This document shows, in pieces, positions 49,301 to 58,200 of a DNA stretch of 64,000 nt. Numbering within the stretch: position 1 is the first letter of the stretch; each line of letters begins with the position of its first letter. This DNA is from a virus. Location: IMG/VR virus record IMGVR_UViG_3300023180_006024; one strand, given 5' to 3'. The translations under genes were made by a program, and so were the position numbers. Under the pieces are notes generated by a model. That model saw nothing but the letters and a program-made list of their open reading frames with translations. It searched no databases and was not told the DNA's origin.

Positions 49301-52300
49301 GTCTCAGTATTAGCAACCCCACTTGCACCAAGTCTACTTGGAGATATTGTTCCAGAAATAATATTTTCTGCGTCAATGTTTGTAACAGCAAGAGTGTTCC
49401 AGTTTGCAATCAATCTACTTGAGGTGTTAACAATAGCATTTACTTGAACATTATTTCTAATAACTCTTGCACTACCTACACCATTAGTGCCAATATCTCT
49501 AGCGTTTGTAACTAGTCCATTGATACTGCTTAGTGCGTCTGAACGTAGAGCATGAATAGTAAATGAGTTAAGTGTGACACTTCCTACAAAGAATCTTGCA
49601 CCACTTGCAATCTCTGTGCCATTCACAGTTGGCAATGCGTTGCTAGTTGAACCATCTTCCAGTGATACAAGTCTTATAGCATCACCTGTTGTAAATCCAT
49701 GACCTACTACGACAACACTGTTATCAGTTAAGTTTACAGTGTATCTAGTAAAGTTGTGGTTGTTGTTAGCAGGTGTACTTAAGAAAGTTATCTGAGTATT
49801 TAAACTAAAGTCGTCATATACCTCAAAGGTGTCATCATCAACAACTTTAATATAATAAACATTACCGTTTAACAATCCGCCGATTGCAACATTTCCTAAT
49901 GTATCATATGTTACTGGATCGCCATTTGAAAATCCGTGAGCTGTGACACTTACTCTACTATCTGTATAGTTTACTGCACCGCCGCCGCCTGTTGTACCAG
50001 CTAGGAAGTTATGACTAATAGTGTCATCAAAGTTAATATCATTAGAATTTTGCACTGCTGTATTATCTTCAACAAAGTCAATACTCGATGCACTAGCAAC
50101 AAATAGTTCGCCTCCTAAGATGTCTACATACGCTCTATCTTCAATAGCAGATATTTCAATCTGGAATCCACTTCCTGTGCCGCCAATGTCACTAGCATTT
50201 GCACCTAACAAATCACCTGCCACATATCCTGTACCACCTCTTGTTAAGTCAACATCGGTAACAGCACCAGCCTGCACTGTGATGTTGGCTTTTGCACCTG
50301 TACCAGATCCAGTAACGCTTGTCATACTTACATTTTCGTATATTACCGATCCAGTTGTAGGAGTGTACAAGCTACCAGTTGTAATGTTAGCGTTATCTAC
50401 ACTTGCTGCAATACCTTCACGTAACTCTGTAACAGCACCTTGGGCGTTACCATCAGCACTTGTTACAATAGTATTTGCAGTACCAGTTACTGATTTTGAA
50501 GCTTCGTCGTCGCCTGTGTTTGCAATAGTAAATGTTGTTGTAGTAGGAACACTTAAAACCAAACCGTTTTGGTTATAGGTAGAATCGCCATCAACTGCAA
50601 CTTTTACGTTGTTGTCCACATTAATATTATGTGCTCCGCTAGTTGTTATAGTCGCAATATTTCCACTTCTACTTACATCTGTAATAGTTGCAATAGTAAA
50701 TGTATAAGTATCGTCGCTATCAAGTATTAAATACTGGCTACTGTTACTGCTACGTAAGAAGTAGTTATCAATAATTTCACTACTTACACCTTTTGAAGTA
50801 ATATTTACTCCGCTGTCTACGCCATTTACATAGATATTTCCAGCACTTACTTCCCAAGGATCGCCAGTGCTATCATCTGTTTTATCCCATGCTTCTCCGA
50901 TTGTAGCAACAAGAATATTAGTACTGAGAGAAAAATCACCTTTAGCATAAGCAGTTGCACCAGTTACTCCTGGTTGTGTAATAGTATCGCCGTCGCTTGC
51001 TGTAATAGTTCCAGATAAGTTAAGTTCTACCTGTTCGTATTCTTCAGTACCAATGTCACCAGCTTTCAAGTCAACTGCCGGAATATCTTCAATTTGTTCT
51101 AATCTAGATCGATATCCTTTGGTATTTGTGTTTGTAAACTGTCTAGTAGCAGGAATCAAGTCTGCGTTAAGCTGACCGTTAACATTGAGCTGTACAATAG
51201 CACCCGGAACAGCAGCAGAACTAACTGTCTTGTCAATAAAACCACCTAGTCTGTTTGACAAGAAGCTTCTAACAGCAAGCTGAGTACTCAAACGATTGTT
51301 GCTTGCGCCGCCTATTTCGTCATCACCTAAGTTAACATCAGTTGATATTTCTTCAATAGCAACATCACTAACACTAAGTTTCAAAGCGTCAAGTTCATCA
51401 ACCTGCACTTTGTTTCTAAAGGTAATGTTACCAGTTCTGTTGAACGCTGTAATAAAGTCACCAACTTTAAAGTCACCAAGTTCGTTTGTACCCGATGAGT
51501 AGCAACGTCCTGGCAGTTCTTCAAACTGTTCGTATTCTTCTCTTGTATTACCGCCGTTTTGTGGTAGAGCGTTGTAGTCTGTACCCGAACCTGCATATTC
51601 CCAAGTGTGTGCAGAACTGTTAACAATACTAGGTCTGTGGAACCAAAGTTGCTTCTCTGGAAGGTTGATAGTGTTTGTAACACTACTACTTCCGTCTGTA
51701 GCAGTGATGCTAAATGTTGCTGTACTCAAACCACGTTTAGTGGAAACTTCGTTTACACCAATATTTGTGTTAGGTGTGCCACTATGGTCTTCTGTAATAG
51801 TGCTAGTTGCATCAAACTGAATACGTAATGTGCTTGAGCCGACTGTAACTTCTTCAATACTTACAACAAGTAAGCGATCTGCAGGAATCCAACTTGCTAC
51901 AATAGCACTGTTATTGTTAGCACCTGTTGAACCTGTGATTGCTCTTCCTGGCACAAAGTTATAACTTTCTGCACCAGATTCTAGTTCAAGAGTTTGGTAT
52001 GTTGTATGACTTGACAATACTTCTTCAACAAAAAACTCAATAATATTACTTTTGAATATATGGTTTCCTGTGTTACTAAAGTTACTAAAGATTGTTACTT
52101 CAAACTCGCCACCGTCGTCATATGCAAGTGTAAATTCATCTTCGTTAATAATATTCACATAGTAAGTTTGTTCATCATCTAAACCACCAATAATAGTATT
52201 GCCATTGGCACTATAAACAACTTTTTGTAGATTTGTAAATCCGTGTCCTACTATTGTAAATATACCTGTAGCAACATCTAAAGCTGTTGCTGCATCAAAT

Positions 52301-55182
52301 GATGTTTCTGTAGGTGTTGGAATATAGTCATTTGTTATGTCACCTTCACTACTTACATCAAATGGATCTGGAAGTGTATCTGGATCTCTAATAATATCTG
52401 TAACAATATTAAATCTACTTTGAACAAAATCCTCAACTTCTGTAGTAATCTGTCCATATCCTGAGATTTCTGTGTTTGCAAGTGTAGCAGCTTGTTGAAT
52501 AGCTTTGATTGTTTGCAGTTCTTGTCCTGAAATTTGACTTCTAGAACTGTCTGCAATGTTTGCAGTAAAGTAACTCAAACCTGCGTTTCTAGAATATCTG
52601 TTTCCTGTATCCCACGTATCTTTAGCAACTGCATTTACAATCAGTTTTGTATCTCTCAAACATTTTGATTGATCATATGTAAAGTTGTACCACAATCCAG
52701 CATCGATTTGTTCATTAATGTATTGTGTAACTCTTTGAGCAATGTTAGTTGCACCTTCTGTTCCTAATGCATTGTTAGAATCGGCAACAAGTGTTTGGTT
52801 CGGCCATGTTGTGTCTGGTTCGCTTCTAACGATTTCGCCACCGTCGTTGTCAAGGTGATCAACTACAATTTGTACAAGTGCTTGGGCTTGTGTGCTTGCT
52901 GCTGCACTACCTGCGGCTGCACTTGTATCCTGTGTTTCCACATTTCCACTTGAAACTGTAACAGTGTTTTCTAAAATAACATCACCAATAACATCTTTGA
53001 GTCTGCCGTATGCAGCGATTGTTTCTTCTTTTTCACCTGATCCATATTGTGCGGATGTTCCGACAAAGTATTGGAAAGCTGCATCTCTAGTAAGCAAGTT
53101 ACCACCGTATGTCAAGTCATAAACAAGTGCATCAATAATAAGTGCAGTGTCTCTTTCGCACTTTGTTGCGTTATAAGTAAAATCTGTTGCAAACGGAGGT
53201 GTTCCTGCTGCAACTTGATCGGCAATCCATGCTGTAACTTCTTTCTTGATAAATGTTTTGTTGTTTAATAGCTGTGTAACTGCATTTGCATAGCCACTGT
53301 CACTAGCATTTCCAGTTCCGCCTGTTGGAGTTGGATAGCTGTATGTGTCTGCAATCTCTCCAGGAACATCGTTACTACTACCATTGGTAATAATATCAAT
53401 AACTTCATCCCAAAGGGCATTTGCTCTGGTAACTGCTGTTGCATCATTTAATGCTGCTGCGGTATATGCTTTTGCTTGTGTAAATGCTTCTACAGTTTGA
53501 TCTCTTTGATCATTAATAACAGTGTCGCTTGTTCCGTTATAATATTTAATAGCACTACTAATAGTTCTGTAGTTACTGTTAAACATAATATCGTAACGTA
53601 TAGCATCTAACAAGAATCTTACATCTCTTCTACACTTTTCTTCATTGTATGTAAATCCAGCCCAAATATTTGCAGTAGCTGATGAAATCTGTGCATTAAT
53701 CCATGTGACAGTGTCATTAGCAATCTGGTCTTCTTTACTTTTAAGAACATCATATGCTTCTTTATATCCTGGTTCTCTGTATCTAAGAACAAATTCTTCA
53801 ACTGGTGCTGTTCTGTTTAGCCCCACCATTGTGATAGTTTGTTTGCCTTCACTTTGACCAGTTTGAGTAACAAACGCACGGTCAAACTCGAACGCTTTTG
53901 GAGAATAACCAGATGAACGCAGAGCATACAAACCAAAGTTAGTAGCAGAGTTGGTAATAGAACAATAACCACCAGATTGTGTGTAAACACCGTTTAGTAG
54001 GAAGATTTGGAAACAGCTAACGATCTGTGCATAAGCATCGTTAAGTAGACGCCAACCTGTACCACCAAATGAAAGCATGGTGTATGCGTTAGCAACCATT
54101 GATTTACCTTGTTCAGGTACAGCGCCAATGGCAGGGTTTTCAGCTTCAATAGCAAACTGAGGAACGTTAGGAGAGTTTACAAGTGCACCATCAATCTTTG
54201 CACCACTACCTCCTAAAAACGAAATAATAGAACAGTTCTGTGTATACGGTGAAGTTACAATGCTTGGTTTTGTATTAGGTAAGTTTGTATATTCCGCACG
54301 GTCTGTTATATCTGTTGCATCAGGGTCATCAAACGTTGTTGCATAATCCCATGTAATCAATGGAACAAAGTTATCGTCAACGCCATCTCTAAATGTAAAT
54401 TCACCAAAGTAACATGCGTTACGAACACGTAGCATGTCCAAGTTAGCATTTGCAGGACGAATAATACATCCACGCAAACCGTCACCTTTGATAACAACGT
54501 TATCTGGAACAATAACTGGGTTGTCTTCTGTGTAGTCACCAACCGCAACTTTTATGTTAACACGTTTGTTGGTTAAAGTTCCATCAGGATTGTAAACTAA
54601 AGCACTTGCAAGTTTACATGCACGTTTAAGAGTTTTAACTGGTGCTGTCTGACCATCATTTTCATCGTCACCTTTGTCTGCACTAACATAGATAACATTT
54701 CCGCCAAACAAGTCTGAATCAACAAATTCTAGTTGTCCTGTAGCATCTGTACGTAGCAACTGACCTTTTGTACCTGCTGTAAGAGGCAAAGTTAGATTAT
54801 AACTAGCAGGAAGTGTATCAGGTGCTTTAATTTTTACTCCATCTTCACCAGATGCAGTAAGTTCTCTAAATGTAATAGCAGTTGCATTTTCCATGTCAAG
54901 GGCTTCTTTGATGTTCAAACCCTCGTTGGTTATTGTCATCTTTTCAGAATCATTAACTGTAAATGAAATCTCTGCTGATGCACTATCTCCTGCATCATCT
55001 ACTTTTACTTCAGTATTGTTTTCAAATATTCTTTTGGTAATATCTTGAACTGTATTATCATCACGCAGTAGGAACACTTTACCGTCTGCTGTGTTAATAG
55101 CTAGTTCGCCTGATTCTAGTTGAGATACTAGCGGTTGCTTACCCGCGACCGCACTTCGCTTGTGTCTAATCTTTGTTGCCAT
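43363..55182 (-). CDS. Giant tail fibre protein with C-terminal intramolecular chaperone (peptidase S74)
   Basis: N-terminal IRHKRS...GELAINTADGK; G/T/S-rich fibre repeats; NTA.G autotransporter-head-like repeats; SDERLKTNI...LIEAIKEQ. Confidence 0.88.
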   Translation of the reverse strand: MATKIRHKRSAVAGKQPLVSQLESGELAINTADGKVFLLRDDNTVQDITKRIFENNTEVKVDDAGDSASAEISFTVNDSEKMTITNEGLNIKEALDMENATAITFRELTASGEDGVKIKAPDTLPASYNLTLPLTAGTKGQLLRTDATGQLEFVDSDLFGGNVIYVSADKGDDENDGQTAPVKTLKRACKLASALVYNPDGTLTNKRVNIKVAVGDYTEDNPVIVPDNVVIKGDGLRGCIIRPANANLDMLRVRNACYFGEFTFRDGVDDNFVPLITWDYATTFDDPDATDITDRAEYTNLPNTKPSIVTSPYTQNCSIISFLGGSGAKIDGALVNSPNVPQFAIEAENPAIGAVPEQGKSMVANAYTMLSFGGTGWRLLNDAYAQIVSCFQIFLLNGVYTQSGGYCSITNSATNFGLYALRSSGYSPKAFEFDRAFVTQTGQSEGKQTITMVGLNRTAPVEEFVLRYREPGYKEAYDVLKSKEDQIANDTVTWINAQISSATANIWAGFTYNEEKCRRDVRFLLDAIRYDIMFNSNYRTISSAIKYYNGTSDTVINDQRDQTVEAFTQAKAYTAAALNDATAVTRANALWDEVIDIITNGSSNDVPGEIADTYSYPTPTGGTGNASDSGYANAVTQLLNNKTFIKKEVTAWIADQVAAGTPPFATDFTYNATKCERDTALIIDALVYDLTYGGNLLTRDAAFQYFVGTSAQYGSGEKEETIAAYGRLKDVIGDVILENTVTVSSGNVETQDTSAAAGSAAASTQAQALVQIVVDHLDNDGGEIVRSEPDTTWPNQTLVADSNNALGTEGATNIAQRVTQYINEQIDAGLWYNFTYDQSKCLRDTKLIVNAVAKDTWDTGNRYSRNAGLSYFTANIADSSRSQISGQELQTIKAIQQAATLANTEISGYGQITTEVEDFVQSRFNIVTDIIRDPDTLPDPFDVSSEGDITNDYIPTPTETSFDAATALDVATGIFTIVGHGFTNLQKVVYSANGNTIIGGLDDEQTYYVNIINEDEFTLAYDDGGEFEVTIFSNFSNTGNHIFKSNIIEFFVEEVLSSHTTYQTLELESGAESYNFVPGRAITGSTGANNNSAIVASWIPADRLLVVSIEEVTVGSSTLRIQFDATSTITEDHSGTPNTNIGVNEVSTKRGLSTATFSITATDGSSSVTNTINLPEKQLWFHRPSIVNSSAHTWEYAGSGTDYNALPQNGGNTREEYEQFEELPGRCYSSGTNELGDFKVGDFITAFNRTGNITFRNKVQVDELDALKLSVSDVAIEEISTDVNLGDDEIGGASNNRLSTQLAVRSFLSNRLGGFIDKTVSSAAVPGAIVQLNVNGQLNADLIPATRQFTNTNTKGYRSRLEQIEDIPAVDLKAGDIGTEEYEQVELNLSGTITASDGDTITQPGVTGATAYAKGDFSLSTNILVATIGEAWDKTDDSTGDPWEVSAGNIYVNGVDSGVNITSKGVSSEIIDNYFLRSSNSSQYLILDSDDTYTFTIATITDVSRSGNIATITTSGAHNINVDNNVKVAVDGDSTYNQNGLVLSVPTTTTFTIANTGDDEASKSVTGTANTIVTSADGNAQGAVTELREGIAASVDNANITTGSLYTPTTGSVIYENVSMTSVTGSGTGAKANITVQAGAVTDVDLTRGGTGYVAGDLLGANASDIGGTGSGFQIEISAIEDRAYVDILGGELFVASASSIDFVEDNTAVQNSNDINFDDTISHNFLAGTTGGGGAVNYTDSRVSVTAHGFSNGDPVTYDTLGNVAIGGLLNGNVYYIKVVDDDTFEVYDDFSLNTQITFLSTPANNNHNFTRYTVNLTDNSVVVVGHGFTTGDAIRLVSLEDGSTSNALPTVNGTEIASGARFFVGSVTLNSFTIHALRSDALSSINGLVTNARDIGTNGVGSARVIRNNVQVNAIVNTSSRLIANWNTLAVTNIDAENIISGTISPSRLGASGVANTETALFGNSEYKVVVQTLKKANTTDNPITLTGLNTAGEYYGDPVNIGIANADYDAGGTFSTLGVSRFLQTQFDVNSNGSGEVFIKDGIVDAGTLDGLDSAYFLNPANLTSAVPVDRGGTAITTYAQGDILYAQSSGTLNTLNIGRANTFLKSNGSTPEWGTALDLAEGLDVGSAKLSSSSDALGQVYNTNVTTLELGGDAHNVKIGKSSDTRDITSFALDYEATASQDVVVNLASIALDTSEATANAEKTLVFTDTTGVKYGMTVTGSGSIPANTTVTGVTETEVFLSAETTGTVLTSTEITFTYTPETLGVRAGDSIIISGSNVTNLDGTWPVSGATIDATSFTVRTAANVTAANVVVQGTISKDNTMVIRNRDVIFGSAEASASTSSAVIRGENGLGTNIAGGDITIQGGLSTGNATGGSVIIKTGQTGTSGETLQTSTTRMTIDTEGDVTVTGYTNFSDTSAVKLPVGTTAERPTAAQGQVRYNSTDGQFEGYDGTNWSGLGGVIDVDQDTYIVAETTSGTDNDDLDFYTAGTRRMQVDQDGNFNFGDGLNKVTMAYTTGNTNIAGDVEITGNLTVNGTTTTVDSATLIVEDKNIELGNVATPTDVTADGGGITLKGTTDKTINWVDATDSWTSSENFELASAKAYRINGNNVLTSTTLGTNVVNSSLQQLGTVNTGTWQATVINPTYGGTGVNNGSKTITLGGSFTHTGAHTLGLTTTGNTSVTLPTSGTLARTETGLNQFAATTSAQLASVLSDETGTGAAVFATSPEFTTGIEAASTTMALFDDTATTINFGGSATAIDIGASTGTTSINNNLDVDLDLNVDGGDITTNQTTFNLLNTNATTVNAFGAATAVDIGAATGTTSVNNDLDVDGDLNVDGGDITTNQTSFNLLNTNATTVNFGGGAATINVGAATSTVSFADDISVAGNVGISGTLTIPAIDNVPIGGTTPSTGAFTTLTASGLTTVTNNTSATSTSTGALVITGGLGVGGAVHGASFTGSIAASNIDSGTLADARIAVSNVTQHQASITGTGALNSGSITTGFGNINIGTSTFTGNGSGLTDLNASQLTSGTVQGTRLGGNQTMAGVKTFSDTSDASNSTSGAVRVGGGLGVAKKIYTGSGFYGNGANITALNATNLSSGTVNDARLPTSQAGKTFTSDITVNGHRIGRGNQGEATNLVFGEGGSIGTGAQFNTGIGDATFAGGLTGDRNTALGYNALNAVTTVSNNTAVGANAMEQRTNAGAGNTAIGKSSQSNSTAGDYNTSVGIEALELVTGDNNVAIGAFTGDTLTTGSNNVLIGYNVETAANTTSNAIIIGNASNDLFSVPGVNLSVNTTTFTFSGTTGFSGVGTNLTALNASQLTSGTVPDGRIAATSITQHQSSITGTGALGSGSITSGFGNIDIGTSNLTATGSVSLGATNLNGNVITGVEDIALADRIYHTGDSNNYIQFHATDQWRVVTAGVERLEVNNTTTTVSNNLSVTGSITGSGSGITSLNADNLGSGTVPNARISGSYTGITGTGALDAGSITSNFGDVNIGTNTFTGNGSGLTSVDADTVDGIQGASFLRSDANDTATGQITFQRDGEVFKIVAPTTNNSPYIGWYQGTTRRAYMQYVNGGTLRLASDATGERLDIGSGINGLKFYDNGTATAHTVWHSGNDGSGSGLDADTIDGIDSGSFIRSDANDTASGTYDYSSTSDDIIDFTGNSTSDNRGIAFNSRTALSADFDDGWLRMNNASEFTNGIYTPGNLRADGIIRVDSTRGITDVTGQYGTIQTSGSGVNGWEGLSIDGRIVLMHDGSSSTYLYNDVDNEAHFLAVRNSYFRLYYNGGTRLTCNNTTVDVSASFTATGEVTAYSSDERLKTNIRPIENAIDKVKQLQGVHYDWIDEVEELGFNPTIKVNDAGVLAQQVQKVLPQAVDYAPFDRLRDEQTGDDIGSKSGEDYLTVKYEKMVPLLIEAIKEQQEEIDQLKEMVKKLIDK
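46600..46930 (-). repeat. Tandem duplication of a 54-aa (162-bp) fibre module
   Basis: Two copies of ...IGA.TGTTS.NN.LDVD.DLNVDGGDITTNQT.FNLLNTNAT. Confidence 0.8.
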
Positions 55183-55265
55183 TAAGGCTGCCTCCTATTT
55201 AGGTGTGGGTCAAGTCTATAAAGACGCCCGTACTACACGATAGAAATCGTTGTAATGTTATTTAT
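55183..55265 (-). promoter_or_regulatory. Late promoter ATAAATA plus structured ~75-nt leader of the fibre gene
   Basis: ATAAATA at 55265-55259; hairpins at 55232-55256 and 55207-55229; AGGAGG SD. Confidence 0.6.
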
Positions 55266-55289
55266 CATAGGAATAAAAGTGGCAGCTTT

Positions 55290-58200
55290 TTAGAAGCTAC
55301 CACCGTCGATTGTATCAGTCCAAACTGGTGTTGCATCCACATCGCTTGTTACAGTTAATATTTGGAAACTGTCTGTTGCATCAGCTGTGCCTGCTGCTGC
55401 TGTAACTTGAACTGGATCTGCTGCATTACCATAAAGTATACCATCTGTGGTAAATGTGCTTACACCAGTACCACCGTACTGTACTTCAAGATCAGTTGTA
55501 AGTGTTAGTGTTCCAACATCTGCATTTACTACTATTAATCTGTTGTTAATACTATCAATGATTTCTGTGCTGTCATCAGCAAATACACTTCCTCTAAACC
55601 CTGATGCGTCAAGTATACCAGTAACAAACAGGTCTTGATCTATTTGTAAGTCTGTTGTGATTGTTGTTGTATTTTCGCTTATTCTAAGTTTTTCAACTAG
55701 CGAACCTGCTATCATATTACTTACAACAAAGTCAAAATCTTCTTGTCCGCCGGTAACATCTTGAGCAATCACATCAAACTGTACACCTGTTTCAAAGTTG
55801 CTGTTTGTTGTTTCGAGCTCAAACTTCATACCAACACCAGAGCCTGCAACAGGTGTTCCACTTACGCTATGATGCGCTAGTGTAACTGGATAAACAATAT
55901 CATCTGCTGCGCTATCAGGAGCATTTGATACTATTTTAAAATCATCTGGTGTTTCAATAGTACCAGCTTTGATTAACAACTTATCAGTGTATAAATCTGT
56001 AAGTTGTAGTGTTCCAGTTGTATCACCGCCAATAAATCCTTGAACAAATAAGTTTTCTGCAACACCTAATCCACCTGCAATAGTAAGTGCACCAGTGTCA
56101 TATCTATAACTTGTGCTTGTGTTTGCAATATCAACTTGTATGCTAGAATCAATATCAAGATCGGTTTGTGTAAGAGTCAGTCTCTTTACACCATTAGTAA
56201 AGAACTCTAATGTATCTTCATCTGATCCTGGTGCTGTTTCTGGTCTAATAAATGTGTCTTGGTCAACGTCTTTTACGCCACCTAGCGAACCCCAAGCAGT
56301 ACCATCATAACCTTCAAACAAAGTATCATCTGTGTTAAATCTAATTTGACCTGTTACAGGTGATGTTCTTTGAGCAGTTGTACCAGCTGGAAGTTGGAGA
56401 CTTGCTGTACTATCAAATATAAAGTTTTCGTTGTTAAATGTAATAGTACCTGTTTCAGCACCAAATGTAATGCTTGTTGCATCTCCAAATGCATTTACTG
56501 TTGTAGCATTTGCATTTGCAAGATTAAATGTAGTTGCTGTTGTGGTAATATCTCCGCCGTTAACTGCAACATCTCCAGCTGCTTCAATATTTCTATCAAC
56601 AACAACATCAACACCTACAGTAAGGTTTTTCTCAATACCAACGCCGCCTTCGACAACTAATGCTCCAGTGTCTTTGTCAACACTATCAGTTACATTTTGT
56701 ATAACAATCTTTGGAGTTGCACCAAATGTAATATTTTCTGTAGTATTTTGAGTATCAACATTGATATAACTTGCAGATGCTTGTCTAACAGTGAATGCTT
56801 CTGCTGTGTTATCAGGAATGTTAAAGTCTGCATCACCAGCTACATTGATTGCATCTAATACTGCATCGTCACCAAATGTAAGCGAACCATCAACTTGCAT
56901 ATTGCCAGTAACAAATACATTACCGTTTATGCCCACGCCGCCTGATACTACTAATGCACCTGTATTTGAATCTGTTGCTTCTGTTGTGTTTTGGATTCTA
57001 ATAACTGGATTTACACCAAATAATACTTGTTCTGCACCATCTGTTGTGTTTACTTTGAAGTAACTGTTTGCACCTTCTAGTATTTCAAATGCACCTGTTG
57101 TAGCATCGTACACATTGTATGTTGCATTTGCATTAACTGTAAGATTGTCTACAACACTGTCGTTTGTACCAATAGTAACACTACCGTCTACATCAAGAGC
57201 ACCATTTAATACAGTGTTGTTATAAACTCTTAAATCACCTCTTACATTGAGATTTTTCTCAATGCCCATGCCACCTTCGATAACCAACAAACCACTGTCT
57301 GGACTGTCTGACTGGGTTGTTCCTTCAAATGTAATACTTGTTATTGTATCATCTAAACGGAATGATGTTGTGCTCAGATTCATTCTTTCCAAGCCATCTG
57401 TAACAAAACTCAGTTCGTTTTCATTTGATCCTGGCGAGCTTTCTGCTTCGATATATGTGTTACCATCTACATCTCTAACACCGCCTAGTGTGTTCCAAGC
57501 AATACCATCGTAGCCTTCAAAAATACCCAAGTCGGTGTTGAAACGAATATAACCTTCATCTGGGACAAGTCCTCTTTCACCTGTTGTACCTGTTGGTATT
57601 TTCATGTTATAAACACTGGTAAATCTAATGTAGTCGTTTTCTACTGTAAAGTTACCAGGAACAATACCTGCACTACCAATAGTGATTTCAGTAGCATCGC
57701 CAAACGCTTCAACTGTACCAGCTGTATCGTTGAATAAGCTCAAACTTGCGCTATCTGTACTAACAATAGTACCTTCGAAGAAAATATCGCCGCCAACATT
57801 TAAGTTTTTACCAATGCCTACGCCACCAGCAACTGTAAATGCACCGTCGGTTTTATTAGGACTTTCTTTATCGTTCAAAACACTAACAGTAGGAATAACA
57901 CCAAATGTAATGTTTTCAAGTGCATTTCTAGTATCAATACTAATATAATCTTCTGTACTCATGCTTACATTAAATGCTTGTTGAGTTTCATCAGGTAATG
58001 TTAGGTCAAAGTCACCAACAATAGTTGTATTGCCGCCTACATCAAGTGTACCAGTTACATCTAAATCATGTTTGATTTCTGTTAAACCAACTGTGTCAGC
58101 ACCTATTACAATACTAGTTGCACCACCTGCAAAGTTCACTGTGCTTGCGTTATCGTTGATCAAGTTAAACACAGTTGAAGTTGTACTTAAATCGCCACCG

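Noticed and set aside
55183-55258. preQ1, SAM or c-di-GMP riboswitch
   Set aside because: Consensus elements of these classes were not recognisable; kept only as an unclassified structured leader
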